DNA of 38,790 bases from Candidatus Methylomirabilia bacterium (GCA_046758965.1 JBHIBG010000017.1:1-38790), one strand, 5' to 3'; shown: positions 7,212 to 17,796, numbered from the stretch's first letter. Translations and numbers: made by a program. The notes: a model not told the origin generated them from the sequence alone.

Positions 7212-10200
7212 CACCGTCTCGTCGATCGCCTCCTCGGTGGTGTCGTGGGAGAGGGAGAACCGCACGGCACAGTGGGCCTCCGCATCGCTCCGTCCCATGG
7301 CGATGAGGACATGCGTGGGTTCCGGAGAACCTGACTTGCACGCCGAGCCGGAGGAGAGCGAGATCGCGTGCCGGTCGAGCGCGACGACGAGCGACTCCCC
7401 CCGCAATCCCGGCAGCGTGAGGTTGAGCGTATTGGGAAGCCGTCTCTCCGGGTGACCGTTGAGCCTGGCGCCGGGCACCAGCCCCCGGATGCCCGACTCC
7501 AACCGGTCCCGCAGCCGCTTGATCTGTTCGGACTCGCGCAGGGCGTGGAGGGCCAGGTCCGCCGCCGTTCCGAGGCCCACGATCGCCGGGACGTTCTCCG
7601 TCCCCGCTCGCAGCCCGCCCTCCTGCGCGCCACCGTGAACCAGCGGTTCCAGCTGGACTCCCTTCTTCACGTACAGCGCGCCGATGCCCTTGGGCCCGTG
7701 GAACTTGTGGCCCGAGAGGGTAAGCAGATCGACGTCCAGGTCCTCGACATTCACTTGGATCTTTCCCACGGCTTGCACCGCGTCCGTGTGGAAGAGGATC
7801 GCTCTCTCGTGAGCGAGGGCGCACAGCTCCTTGATCGGCTCGATGGTGCCGACCTCGTTGTTGGCCATCATGATGGAGATGAGGACGGTGTCGTCCGTGA
7901 TGGCCGCCTCGAGCTCTGCCGGGTCCACCAGCCCGTCCTCGTCCACGCCCAGGTACGTGATCCCGTAGCCGATCCTCTCGAGAAAGCGGCAGGTGTTCAG
8001 GAGGGCCGGATGCTCGATGGCGCTGGTGATGATCTGGTTGCCGCGCTCCCGATGCGCGTACGCGATCCCTTTCACCGCCAGGTTGTCCGACTCGGAGCCG
8101 CCTCCGGTGAAGATGACTCTCCGGGGACGGCAGTTGATCAGCTTCGCGAGCTGACGGCGGGCCTGTTCCACGCCTTCCCGGGCCTCCCGGCCCGCGCCGT
8201 GGATGCTCGACGGGTTGCCGTGCCGGGCCTCCAGGTACGGTCGCATTGACTCGCGAACCCTATCCGCCACGCGGGTGGTGGCGTTGTTGTCGAGATAGAT
8301 CCGCTTCCTGCGCTCCCGCTGCTCGGCGCGCGTCTCCGCCGGCCCGGCGTCGGAGGCGACGACCCTCTTCGCCGCCGCGCGGCGGGCGGCGGCCGTGCCT
8401 TCCTCGACCTTCACGACCTCGCAGAGCAGGGCTTTGTAGACCGGGAAGCCGGAGATCTCGTCGTAGTTGGTGAGGTCGGTCAGCAGGTTCACGTTCCGCT
8501 TCTGCCACGCCTCCGGACCCACGGGCGTGCCCCCGCCCATACTGCACTCGACGGCGCCTTTCACGATATCCCTGGTGACCCGCGCACGGAACTGGACCGC
8601 GCCCCGGGCGGTGCGTACTTCCACCAGGTCGCCCGTCCGGATGCCCCGCGCCTCTGCGTCCTCGGCGTTGATCTCCACCGTGGGCTCGGGGTTGTCCTTC
8701 ACCAGCTCCTCGATCCCATGGTGTTGAGAGCGGAAGTCGGTGTGCGGTCGAGCGCCCGAGTTGAAGACCAGCGGGAACCGCTCCAGCAGCTCCGGGCTGT
8801 CCAGGGGCCCCTCCCTCGGCTCCGTGTACTTGGGGAGCGGCTCGTACCCGTAGTCGGCGAGGATCGTGGAGTGGATCTCGAACTTGCCCGTGGGGGTGTC
8901 GAAGCCTGGCTGGCCGTCGGGCCGGAGGCCTCCCTTCTCCCACTTCCGGTATTCCATCATCGGCACCGGCAGCTTCACCCACCCTCCGGCCGCCTTGACG
9001 TCCTCCGGGGTGTAGCCCGAGCCCGTGAGAGCAAAGCGGATCATCTCCTGCTCCGTCTGGGGGAACTGCTCGCCGTACCCCAACCGCCTGGCGAGCTCAG
9101 CCATGATCAGGTAGTCGTTTCGGGCTTCCCCCACCGGCTCGATCAGCGACTCGCGAAGGCGGAATATCGGTCCGTAGACCATGTAGGAGTTGTTCTCGAA
9201 CATCGTGGTCGCCGGCAGAACGATGTCGGCATACGCCGCGTCGGCCGTGAGCTGCCGGTCGATGCAGACGAGGAAGTCCAGCTTGGCCAGCGTCTCGCGC
9301 CAGATGGCGGTTTGGGGCCACGAGGTAAGGATCGACGCCCCGTGGATGATCAGGCCTCGGATGCGATAGGGCTCCTCCTTGAGCACGGAATCCACCAGCC
9401 CGCTCGCATGGAACTCGCCCCGGTAGTCGCTGTAGAGCGGGAACTTGTCTCGGGCCACCGCCCGATCCACGGCGGGGTTCGGCACATTGCAGGACCGGTT
9501 GATGGGAAAGTGGCTGTTCAGCATCGCAAGACCGATGCCTCCGGGCACGTCCAGCTGGCCCGCAAGGGCGAAGAGGGTCAGGACGGCCCGGATCGCCTGG
9601 ATCCCGCTGTTGGAGTACTCCAACCCGGTGTACATCACCGGACAGGCACCCGTGGCGTTGCAGATGCGCCGGGCCAGGCCACGGATCGTGTGCGCTGGGA
9701 CCCCCGTGATGCGCTCTACGACCTCCGGGCGAAAGTGCTGGACATAGCGCTTGAGCTCCTCAAACCCGTGGCACCAGCTCTCGGCGAAGCCCTCGTCGTA
9801 CAGTTCCTCCCCGATCATCACCTCGATCATGCCGAGCGCCAGGGCGCCGTCGGTACCCGGCCGGATGGGAACCCACTGGGCGTTGGTGCGTCGGGCGGTC
9901 TCCGTGCGGCGTGGGTCGATGACGAAAACCTCGGCGCCCCGCTTGGCGGCCGCTTCCAGCCGGTGCATGTCCAAAGGCGGCGAGTCGGTAGCCGGATTCG
10001 CTCCCCACACCACGAGCATCTCGGCGTTCTCGATATCGACGAACGTGTTGACCAGCATCCGGCCCATGGTGACATGGGGGGCGATCACCGCAAACGAGAC
10101 GTAGCAGAGGGCGCCCACGCCCATGGTGTTGGGGGAGCCGAATGGAAACAGGACGTTCGATGCCGAGGAGACCGCCACCCCCTTGGGCTGGTACATGTCG

Positions 10201-10577
10201 CAGAGCGACAGCTCGAAGGCGCCGCGACCGGTGTAGATACCCACCGCCTCCGGTCCCGAACCCCGCTTGATCCCGTTCAGGTTCTCGACGATGACGTCGT
10301 ACGCCTCGCCCCAGGTGATGCGCTGGAACTCGTGCGTCCCTTTGGGGCCGATGCGCCGCATGGGATACCTCAGCCGGTGCTCGGAGTGGACGATCGCCGG
10401 TGCGTGCCGGCCCCGGCGGCAGATCATCCCCAGCGGATGCCCCCGATCGGCCTCGATGCTGACCAGCCGACCGTCCCGGGTCCCCACCTCCACCCAACAG
10501 CCCGCCGGGCAGATGCCGCAGATGCCCTTCTTGTGCTCCACTCCGTCCGACCGCGCCGCGAGCTCCGTCTCCATCAT
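7149..10577 (-). CDS. Molybdopterin-dependent oxidoreductase fused to an IscS/NifS-type cysteine desulfurase (~1140 aa)
   Basis: N-terminal 4Fe-4S motif CGICPAGC...C, WGAN, IDPRRTETA, IRPGTDGALA, ADIVLPA and a molydop_binding tail. Then YLDNNATT, GNPSSIH, HTDAVQ, SGHKFHGPKG (PLP Lys) and SSGSACKSG (catalytic Cys). Start trimmed to MMETEL after a GGAGG RBS. Confidence 0.92.
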   Translation of the reverse strand: MMETELAARSDGVEHKKGICGICPAGCWVEVGTRDGRLVSIEADRGHPLGMICRRGRHAPAIVHSEHRLRYPMRRIGPKGTHEFQRITWGEAYDVIVENLNGIKRGSGPEAVGIYTGRGAFELSLCDMYQPKGVAVSSASNVLFPFGSPNTMGVGALCYVSFAVIAPHVTMGRMLVNTFVDIENAEMLVVWGANPATDSPPLDMHRLEAAAKRGAEVFVIDPRRTETARRTNAQWVPIRPGTDGALALGMIEVMIGEELYDEGFAESWCHGFEELKRYVQHFRPEVVERITGVPAHTIRGLARRICNATGACPVMYTGLEYSNSGIQAIRAVLTLFALAGQLDVPGGIGLAMLNSHFPINRSCNVPNPAVDRAVARDKFPLYSDYRGEFHASGLVDSVLKEEPYRIRGLIIHGASILTSWPQTAIWRETLAKLDFLVCIDRQLTADAAYADIVLPATTMFENNSYMVYGPIFRLRESLIEPVGEARNDYLIMAELARRLGYGEQFPQTEQEMIRFALTGSGYTPEDVKAAGGWVKLPVPMMEYRKWEKGGLRPDGQPGFDTPTGKFEIHSTILADYGYEPLPKYTEPREGPLDSPELLERFPLVFNSGARPHTDFRSQHHGIEELVKDNPEPTVEINAEDAEARGIRTGDLVEVRTARGAVQFRARVTRDIVKGAVECSMGGGTPVGPEAWQKRNVNLLTDLTNYDEISGFPVYKALLCEVVKVEEGTAAARRAAAKRVVASDAGPAETRAEQRERRKRIYLDNNATTRVADRVRESMRPYLEARHGNPSSIHGAGREAREGVEQARRQLAKLINCRPRRVIFTGGGSESDNLAVKGIAYAHRERGNQIITSAIEHPALLNTCRFLERIGYGITYLGVDEDGLVDPAELEAAITDDTVLISIMMANNEVGTIEPIKELCALAHERAILFHTDAVQAVGKIQVNVEDLDVDLLTLSGHKFHGPKGIGALYVKKGVQLEPLVHGGAQEGGLRAGTENVPAIVGLGTAADLALHALRESEQIKRLRDRLESGIRGLVPGARLNGHPERRLPNTLNLTLPGLRGESLVVALDRHAISLSSGSACKSGSPEPTHVLIAMGRSDAEAHCAVRFSLSHDTTEEAIDETVSALAYVLREMETTVRFLPCK

Positions 10578-10913
10578 GAGCGGTCCTCCCCAGCCACCCA
10601 GCTCTGCCGCAACAGGCGCGGACCGAGGGCGCCCCGGTCCGAACCCCCAGCGACGCGTTCCTGAATGCCGCCTGCCTGTCCCATCCTCCGGCACTCCACC
10701 CCCCTACCGCGACGCGCCTACGAGACGTCGTGAAGATCTCTCACCCAGCTTATCCCGATGTCGGGACCAGACCAAAGTTGCTCCATCAGGGTGCGCACGG
10801 CTTTCCTCTTGAGGGCGGCCGGCCCGCCGGAGCGTCGGCCACAGGGTTCCGCGCCCGATGCCGCGGGCCCTTGCAGTCGCTGGCGGATTCAGCGGTGGAA
10901 ACGATCGACGGGC

Positions 10914-11246
10914 TCACACGGGCTCGGTGGGGCCTGACATCACGGCGAAGACCAGGGCTCCGGTCTGGCTCGTGACGGTGTGTACGCATCCGGGCGGGCG
11001 GCGGGCATAGTTGCCGGCGGTGCACACCCCGCTCTCGTCGGCGATGCTCCCCTCGAGGACGAAGATCTGCTCGTCCCCCACATGACGGTGGCGCGGAAAT
11101 GTGGCACCCGGCTCGCAGCGTATGAGGGTCGCTTTGTGGCGGCCGTCGGGGTCCTCCCAGAGCACTTTCCAGAAGACGCCCGGACGGCGCTCGGTCCAGG
11201 GGATCTGCTCCACGGTGACGAAAAGGCTTCCAGGCGGGGCGGTCAT
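10914..11246 (-). CDS. ChrR-like cupin domain protein
   Basis: PGVFWKVL, PGATFPRHRH...EQIFVLEG, PPG..H motifs; AGGAGG RBS. Confidence 0.85.
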   Translation of the reverse strand: MTAPPGSLFVTVEQIPWTERRPGVFWKVLWEDPDGRHKATLIRCEPGATFPRHRHVGDEQIFVLEGSIADESGVCTAGNYARRPPGCVHTVTSQTGALVFAVMSGPTEPV

Positions 11247-11258
11247 AGCGCTCCTCCT

Positions 11259-11384
11259 TCAGTTCACGGGCCAGGGGCCGGATCCGGGAGTCCTCGATGG
11301 CTTGGAGGCGGCCACTGCCCAATTGCCTCGGTCGGCGAACGTCGTGCCCCAAACGAAGCTGCAGAGTCGGTCGAGGGAGTCCAT
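11259..11384 (-). pseudogene. Possible gene remnant (MmgE/PrpD-like N-terminus)
   Basis: GGAAGGA RBS followed by MDSLDRLCSFVWGTTFAD inside the operon, then loss of coherence. Confidence 0.25.
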
Positions 11385-11397
11385 GATCGGTCCTTCC

Positions 11398-12816
11398 CTA
11401 TTTGACGGAGCCACCGATGGGTGGCGTGGGTCCGGTCCGGGGAAGATACCGGCCATAGCCGGGCTCCTGCTCGAGCCTCCCCTGGTTCAACAGCACGCGG
11501 CCCCTGAGGAGTGTCATCCATGGCCGGCCGCGGACCTTCCATCCCTCGTACAGGGTCCAGCCGGCCATGCCGTGGTGATCGGCGACGCGAATCGTCATCT
11601 CCTGGTCAGGATCGATGATCAGAAGATCCGCATCGGCCCCGACCCGGATGACTCCCTTCCGCGGGTAGAGCCCGAAGATCCTTGCGGGGTTCTCGGCGAG
11701 CACACGCGCCATCCAGGAGATCGGCAACCCGCGCCTCACGACGCCCTCGCTGTACACGAGCGGCACCATCGTCTCCACGGACGGGCTCCCAAAGGGGATG
11801 GACTTGCCGTCGGGGTCGACGAAGATGTTGTTCCACCCGGGATCCTTCGCCTCCTTCGACCTCGGCGCGTGATCGCTCCCGACCGTCGCGATGTACCCCT
11901 GCTCCGATCCCTTCCAGAGGGCACCCCGGTCCGGTCCGTCCGCCGGCCGCAGCGGCGGTCCGATCTTCGCAAGCGGCCCCCAGCGCTCCATCTCCGCATC
12001 CGAGAGCAGGAGGTACTGGGGGCAGGTCTCGGTCCACACGCGTTGTCCCGAGGCCTGCGCCTGCTTGATCCGCTCCAGGCCGAGCCGGGTGCTCAGGTGG
12101 ACGACGTACACCGGGGACCGGGTGAGGGCGCCCATCCTGATACCCCGATTGATGGCCTCTTCCTCGGCCCACTCGGGGCAGGTCTCGGGAAAATTCCTCG
12201 GGTGCACGCGCCCCTCGGCGATGAACTTGCTTTCGAGATAGTCGATGACGTCGCCGTTTTCGCAGTGGAGCTGCGTCACCCCGCCGCAAGCGCCGATGAC
12301 CTCCATCGCCTTACAGATGAAGTCATCAGAGCACATCCGCCCCCGCTTCTTGTAGGTCATGAACATCTTGTAGGAACTGACGCCCAGCTCGAAGGCCCGG
12401 GGCAGCTCCTCGAGGATGTACGGCTGGTTGAGCAGGATGAGGTGGAAGCCGAAGTCGAGGACCGACTGCCGCTCGGCCTCCGCCTTGAGGCGTTCGATCG
12501 CATGGGGCAGGCTCTCCTTGGCTTGATCATCGTAGAGACCGAACCCGATCACCGTGGTGACTCCGGCGTGGGCGGCCGCGACGGGCCCCACCTTCCAGTC
12601 GTCGTACTCGGGGCCCAGGTGAATGTGGCAATCGATCGCTCCCGGCAGCACGTACTTGCCCGCGGCATCGATCTCCCGCTCCGCCGGGGGGAGCAGGTCA
12701 CCGCGGCCGAGGACGACGATCTTCCCGTCCTTGATCGCAATGCTCGCCTCGAACAGTTCCGAAGCGGTCACGACCTGCCCGCCGCGCACGATGGTGTCCA
12801 CCTTCTCGGCTCTCAT
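11398..12816 (-). CDS. Dihydropyrimidinase/D-hydantoinase-like cyclic amidohydrolase
   Basis: PGAIDCHIH, GVTT, SYKMFM (carbamylated Lys), LHCEN, VVHLS, ETCPQYL, GSDHAP, NPARIFGLYPRKG..VGADAD. Confidence 0.9.
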   Translation of the reverse strand: MRAEKVDTIVRGGQVVTASELFEASIAIKDGKIVVLGRGDLLPPAEREIDAAGKYVLPGAIDCHIHLGPEYDDWKVGPVAAAHAGVTTVIGFGLYDDQAKESLPHAIERLKAEAERQSVLDFGFHLILLNQPYILEELPRAFELGVSSYKMFMTYKKRGRMCSDDFICKAMEVIGACGGVTQLHCENGDVIDYLESKFIAEGRVHPRNFPETCPEWAEEEAINRGIRMGALTRSPVYVVHLSTRLGLERIKQAQASGQRVWTETCPQYLLLSDAEMERWGPLAKIGPPLRPADGPDRGALWKGSEQGYIATVGSDHAPRSKEAKDPGWNNIFVDPDGKSIPFGSPSVETMVPLVYSEGVVRRGLPISWMARVLAENPARIFGLYPRKGVIRVGADADLLIIDPDQEMTIRVADHHGMAGWTLYEGWKVRGRPWMTLLRGRVLLNQGRLEQEPGYGRYLPRTGPTPPIGGSVK

Positions 12817-12861
12817 CTCCCTCCCTCAGCTCAGGCCTGGGAGAGCCGGCGACGGGCTCCC

Positions 12862-14439
12862 TCAGGTCGAAGACCGGCCGCGGCGCACTGCCCGTCCGGC
12901 CAGAACGCCCGTGTGCTCCCCGTTGTCCACCACGACTTTTCCGTTCACGATGACGTAATCGATTCCGATCGGGAACTGTTTGGGCTGGGTGCGCGTCGCG
13001 GGGGCGTTGACGCGCGGGGCATCAAAGACCACGATGTCCGCCTTGAAGCCGTCGCGCAGGAGCCCCCGGTCCGGAAGGCCCAGCCGCTGAGCGGGGAAGG
13101 ACGTCATCTTGCGGATCGCGTCGGGCAGCGCCAGGAATCGCTCCTCCCGCACAAACTGCGCGAGGATCATCGGGAAGGTCCCGTAGGTGCGCGGGCTGGG
13201 ATAATCGCCGATGAGGAGGGCATCGCTGCCCACCATGGAGAGGGGATGGCTGACGAACTTGGGCAGGGTCGCCCCGTTGACGCTCGCCGAGACGTAGGAG
13301 ACCTGCAGCTCCTCCGCCAGCAGCAGATCGCAGATGGCATCCACGACCTCTTTCCCCATCATGTCCGCCACTTCCGCGATCGAGCGCCCCTCGTACCGGT
13401 GGTGCTGAGGGGTCTTGAAGTGAGTCAGCCACATCTCGTCCCAGGACGTCGCCCGGGGCGCGACCTCTTTCCGCAGCCGCTCCCGGCCCTCGGAGGAGCG
13501 GAGCACCGCCTTCAACGGCTCGGGCCCGCCGTCGTGCGCCCACTGCGGAATGAGGATGAGCAGCCGCGTGCTGCTGTAGAGGTAGGGGTAGCTGTCGAAC
13601 GTGACGTCGAACCCCTCACCTGCTGCGTCCTCCACCAGCCGGAGCAGCCGTTCGGCCCCGCCGGGGCTGGTGGTGCGCTGGTAGAAGTGAGTGATGTGGA
13701 CCGGGACGCCGCTCCGATGACCGATCTCGATCGCCTCCTTGAAGGGATCCAGGTAGCGATCGCCCAAGCTGTAGCGCACATGGGTGTGGTAGATGCCGCC
13801 CAGGCGGAGCGCCACCCGGCTGAGCTCGGCGAGCTCCGCGGTGTCCGCATAGCTGCCAGGAGGATAGTCGAGGCCCGTCGAGAGCCCGAAGGCCCCCTCC
13901 TCCATGCCCTCCCGGAGCAGCGCCCTCATATCGGCCAGCTGCGCGGCTGACGGGGGGCGGTTCTCCCATCCCATCGCACAGATCCGCAGCGGCGAATTGC
14001 CGAGGATGTAGGCCACGTTCACGGCCACCCGCTTGTCGAACATCGAGAGGTATTGCTCGACCGTGGACCACCGGCCCGGCAGGGGCGGGTTCCCGTCCAA
14101 CCCCGAGTTGAGCTCCACAAAGCGGAGGAAGTCGTCATGGGCCGTGAAGGGGGCGTAGGAGTTGCCGTCGACGCCGATCAGCTCGGTCGTCACGCCCTGC
14201 CGCACCTTGGGCGCGTGGTGAGGTTCCGCCAGCATGACGAGGCCGGAGTGGGCGTGCATGTCAATGAAGCCGGGGCAGACCACTCGCCCCTCGGCGTCAA
14301 TGACTCGCGCGGCCTCCACCCCGGAGAGGTCGCCCCGAAGAACCTCGACCCGCTCTCCTGCCACGCCCACCGCCCCGGAGAACCCGGGGTTGCCGGTGCC
14401 ATCGATGATCAGGCCGCCTCGGATCAAGAGATCCAGCAT
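12862..14439 (-). CDS. N-acyl-D-amino-acid deacylase (D-aminoacylase family amidohydrolase)
   Basis: IIDGTG.P, PGFIDMHAHS, QGVTT, GAFGLSTGL.YPPG, GSDA, PRTYGTFP, AIRKMTSFPA, DRG.L..G.KADIVVFD. Confidence 0.92.
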   Translation of the reverse strand: MLDLLIRGGLIIDGTGNPGFSGAVGVAGERVEVLRGDLSGVEAARVIDAEGRVVCPGFIDMHAHSGLVMLAEPHHAPKVRQGVTTELIGVDGNSYAPFTAHDDFLRFVELNSGLDGNPPLPGRWSTVEQYLSMFDKRVAVNVAYILGNSPLRICAMGWENRPPSAAQLADMRALLREGMEEGAFGLSTGLDYPPGSYADTAELAELSRVALRLGGIYHTHVRYSLGDRYLDPFKEAIEIGHRSGVPVHITHFYQRTTSPGGAERLLRLVEDAAGEGFDVTFDSYPYLYSSTRLLILIPQWAHDGGPEPLKAVLRSSEGRERLRKEVAPRATSWDEMWLTHFKTPQHHRYEGRSIAEVADMMGKEVVDAICDLLLAEELQVSYVSASVNGATLPKFVSHPLSMVGSDALLIGDYPSPRTYGTFPMILAQFVREERFLALPDAIRKMTSFPAQRLGLPDRGLLRDGFKADIVVFDAPRVNAPATRTQPKQFPIGIDYVIVNGKVVVDNGEHTGVLAGRAVRRGRSST

Positions 14440-14514
14440 GCGTCACCTCCAGCGCCCGTCGCCGAACCGATGAGCATCGGAGCGTCTCGCCCGGCTCGCC
14501 GCACTCCTCCCCCC

Positions 14515-15681
14515 CTAGACCACGCCTTCCCTGCGAAATCTTTCGATGTCGTCAGGTGAGAAGCCTGCTTCCCCCAGGATCTGATCGGTGTGCGCTCCCA
14601 GATCGGGGGCGGGGGTCCGCACGCCGCCCGGGGTGCGTGAAAGCCCGACGGGAAGCCCCTGAATCCTGATCTCTCCCAGCACGGGATGGCGCACCGGCTC
14701 GGCCAGTCGCAGGCGCTTGACCTGCTCGGTCTCGAACACGTCCTTCATGTTCAGAATCGGCCCGGCGGGCACGCCCTTCGCGTTCAGGGTCTCCACCCAG
14801 TCGTGGCCAGGCTTCCGGCTCAGGACCGTTTCCAGTTCCCGCGTCAACTCATGCCGGTTCCGGGATCGATCGGCCGGGGTTCGAAAGCGAGGATCGTCGG
14901 CAAGTCCTTCCAGCGCCAGGCTCTCGCAGAGCCGGCGAAACATCCTCTGCCCTGAGGCGGCGATGTTGATGTACCCGTCCTGCGTCTTGAACACCCCGGT
15001 CGGAATGCCCGTGGGATGATCGTTGCCGGCCTGGGGCGGAATGACGCCATCCATGAGCCAGCGGGCCGCCTGAAAGTCCATCATGCTGACCATCGCCTGC
15101 AGCAGCGAGGTGTGCACCCACTGGCCCCTGCCTGATTGCTCCCGCTCCAGCAAGGCGACCAGAATGCCCTGCGCCAGAAACAGGCCCGCCGTGAGGTCGG
15201 CGACGGGGATGCCGGCGCGCACGGGGCCTTGCCCTGGCAGCCCGGTGACCGACATCAGTCCTCCCATGCCCTGCGCGATCTGATCGTACCCGGGACGATC
15301 CCGCCACGGGCCCTCCTGTCCGAAGCCTGAGATGCTCCCATAGACCAGCCGGGGGTTGATTCGGCTGAGGGGTTCGTAGTCGATGCCCAGCCGCGCCTTG
15401 ACGTCAGGACGGAAGTTTTCGACCAGCACATCGGCGCGGGCGACCAGGCGCCTCAGGATCTCGAGACCCTGCGAGGATTTGAGGTTGAGGGTCAACGAGC
15501 GCTTGTTCCGGTGAAGATTCTGGAAGTCCGACCCATGCCGCGCGTAATCGCCTTCGGGATCCTCGCGCGCCTCCACCTGGATGACGGCGGCGCCCATGTC
15601 CGCAAGCTGGCGCACGCAGGTCGGCCCGGCCCGGGCCCGTGTGAGATCGATGACCGTGTAGCGAGCAAGCGGTAGTGCCAT
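14515..15681 (-). CDS. CaiB/BaiF family (class III) CoA transferase
   Basis: DLTRARAGP, RNKRSLTLNLK, ADVLVENFRP, SISGFGQEGP, GYDQIAQGMGG, APDLGAHT. Start trimmed to MALPLARY. Confidence 0.93.
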   Translation of the reverse strand: MALPLARYTVIDLTRARAGPTCVRQLADMGAAVIQVEAREDPEGDYARHGSDFQNLHRNKRSLTLNLKSSQGLEILRRLVARADVLVENFRPDVKARLGIDYEPLSRINPRLVYGSISGFGQEGPWRDRPGYDQIAQGMGGLMSVTGLPGQGPVRAGIPVADLTAGLFLAQGILVALLEREQSGRGQWVHTSLLQAMVSMMDFQAARWLMDGVIPPQAGNDHPTGIPTGVFKTQDGYINIAASGQRMFRRLCESLALEGLADDPRFRTPADRSRNRHELTRELETVLSRKPGHDWVETLNAKGVPAGPILNMKDVFETEQVKRLRLAEPVRHPVLGEIRIQGLPVGLSRTPGGVRTPAPDLGAHTDQILGEAGFSPDDIERFRREGVV

Positions 15682-15736
15682 CAGGACCCTCTCGCGCGTG
15701 AGGAGGCGCACCGGTGGCTCGATGGAGCGGCTCGCG

Positions 15737-16648
15737 TCATGCGCGCCCGCCGCCTTCCGCCTTGGACGCCCCACCCGTCGGGAGGATGGCCGATCCCGTA
15801 CGCGACCGGGGGTCGCGCCCCGGCCATCGCCCGGATTCTACCGCGGTGATGAAATCCAGCACCGCCCGGTTGAAGGCCTCGGGCTCCTCCAGGTTGATCG
15901 TGTGACCGGACTTCGGGATCACCAAGAGCCCGGCCCGGGGAATCTTCCGCTTCATGAAGATGCTCGGCTCCAGGCACGGATCGTCCTCGTCACCGGCGAT
16001 GATCAGGGTCGGCAGTTCGAGCCGCTCCAGCCGCTGCTCCAGGTCGAAAACCGACGGCCGCGTCATCTGCACCCCGCGCATCGTCAAGGCATGCCCTTGG
16101 GCCGATTGGGCGGCGAGCTGGTCGGAGAACTCTCGCCACCCTCTGGGATCCTTCTCCATGAACTGCACGCGCGTCGGCCCGCGGGCGTAGAAATCCGCGA
16201 CCTTCCCCATCCCCTCCTCTTCGAAGCGCCGCACCACGTGCTCCACATCTCTCCGGAACTCCGCCCGGTCCCCTCCGCTGCCGTAGCCGCACCCCGCCAC
16301 TGTCAGCGACAGCGCCCGGTCGGGATAGGCGAGCCCGAAGAGCAGCGTGGCGTATCCGCCCATAGAAAGCCCACAGATGTGCGCCTTCCGGAGCTCGAGG
16401 TGATCCAACACGCCTTTGAGATCCTCCACCGCCTGGCTCTGGGAGTAGGCCGCGGGATCCTCCGGCACATCCGAGGGAGGGTAGCCACGGGCGTTGTACG
16501 TGATGGTGCGATAGCGCCGGGCGAAGAAGCGCACTTGAAGATGCCAGCTTTGACAGTCGCCGGCGAACTCGTGCACGAAGACGAGCGGGACCCCCTGGCC
16601 AACTTCCTCGTAGAAGAGATTCACGCCGTTGAGCCGGGCCAATGGCAT
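15737..16648 (-). CDS. Alpha/beta fold hydrolase
   Basis: VFVHEFAG, YNARGYPPS, nucleophile elbow GLSMGG, GDED, SGHTINLEEP. Confidence 0.9.
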   Translation of the reverse strand: MPLARLNGVNLFYEEVGQGVPLVFVHEFAGDCQSWHLQVRFFARRYRTITYNARGYPPSDVPEDPAAYSQSQAVEDLKGVLDHLELRKAHICGLSMGGYATLLFGLAYPDRALSLTVAGCGYGSGGDRAEFRRDVEHVVRRFEEEGMGKVADFYARGPTRVQFMEKDPRGWREFSDQLAAQSAQGHALTMRGVQMTRPSVFDLEQRLERLELPTLIIAGDEDDPCLEPSIFMKRKIPRAGLLVIPKSGHTINLEEPEAFNRAVLDFITAVESGRWPGRDPRSRTGSAILPTGGASKAEGGGRA

Positions 16649-16660
16649 ACTGATGGCTCT

Positions 16661-17758
16661 TCAGGCGATGTGCAGCCGCGCGTCGGCAGTGCGCCAGCCG
16701 ATCTGCACATGCGCGCCGGGCCTGAACTGGGTCTCGCTCTGCGCTTCCGAAATCTGCCGCACGACGACCTCGGTACCGTTCGGCAGCCTCACCAGATGGC
16801 ACGTGGTGAGCCCCAGATACACCGCCTCGACGTAGGTCGCCGGGATCGTCTGCAGCGGTCCGTCGCCGGGGTGGCCCGGCTCCGTCAGCTGGAGGAGCTC
16901 CGAGCGGATCGAGACCGAGACCGGATCATCCTGCTCGACGGAGGCGCCGGCGGTCCTGACCTCGACCTTCGCGAAGCCGATGTCGACCGTGACGTGGTCG
17001 CCCGACCTCTCGGCCACGCGGCCGTCAAACAGATTGTTCTCGCCGATGAACCCCGCAGTGAAGCGCTTCACCGGCTGCTCATATATCTCGCGCGGAGTCC
17101 CCTCCTCCACCAGCTCGCCGTCGGCGATGATGGCGATCCGATCGCCGATGGTCATCGCCTCTTCCTGGTTGTGGGTGACGTGGATGAAGGTGACGCCGAC
17201 CTTCTCCTGAATGCGCTTGAGCTCCAGGCCCATGTCCTTGCGCAACTTCGCATCGAGAGAAGCCAGCGGCTCGTCGAGCAGCAAGATGTCGCTTTCCAGC
17301 ACCAGGGAGCGGGCAAGCTGTACGCGCTGCTGCTGGCCGCCTGAGAGCTCGTGAGGCATGCGGTCGTTGTAGCCTTCGAGTCCCACGAGCTCGAGCATCC
17401 GGCTCACCTTCTCGCGGATCTCTTTCCACGCCAGCTTTCGGAGCCTGAGGCCGAAGGAGACGTTTCGCTCCACGCTCATATGGGGGAACAGCGCGTAGCT
17501 CTGGAACACCATGGAGGTCGGGCGTTCGTTGGGCGGCAAACTGGTGACGTCCTCGCCGTGCAGCAACACCCGCCCCTCCGACGGCTTGATCAGCCCGCCG
17601 ATGAGGCGCAGGAGCGTGGTCTTGCCGCTGCCGCTCGGCCCGAGCAGCACGAAGTACTGGCCGCTCTCGATGCGGAAGCTCACGGACCTGAGCGCCGCCA
17701 CGGCTCCGTAGCTCTTGGAGAGGGCGACGGTCTCTACAGCAATCCTTCTGCCGATCAT
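16661..17758 (-). CDS. ABC transporter ATP-binding protein, PotA-like with TOBE domain
   Basis: GPSGSGKTT, VFQSYALFPH, LSGGQQQRV, LLLDEP, HVTHNQEEA. Confidence 0.95.
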   Translation of the reverse strand: MIGRRIAVETVALSKSYGAVAALRSVSFRIESGQYFVLLGPSGSGKTTLLRLIGGLIKPSEGRVLLHGEDVTSLPPNERPTSMVFQSYALFPHMSVERNVSFGLRLRKLAWKEIREKVSRMLELVGLEGYNDRMPHELSGGQQQRVQLARSLVLESDILLLDEPLASLDAKLRKDMGLELKRIQEKVGVTFIHVTHNQEEAMTIGDRIAIIADGELVEEGTPREIYEQPVKRFTAGFIGENNLFDGRVAERSGDHVTVDIGFAKVEVRTAGASVEQDDPVSVSIRSELLQLTEPGHPGDGPLQTIPATYVEAVYLGLTTCHLVRLPNGTEVVVRQISEAQSETQFRPGAHVQIGWRTADARLHIA

Positions 17759-17796
17759 CTTCAGTCACACGTTGCGGCGTTCCCGCGCTCTCGGGA

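Noticed and set aside
11101..13950. 949-aa plus-strand ORF and other long shadows (1356-2981, 8718-10664, 15698-17344)
   Set aside because: Antisense shadows of well-supported genes, expected in high-GC DNA; no recognisable motifs.
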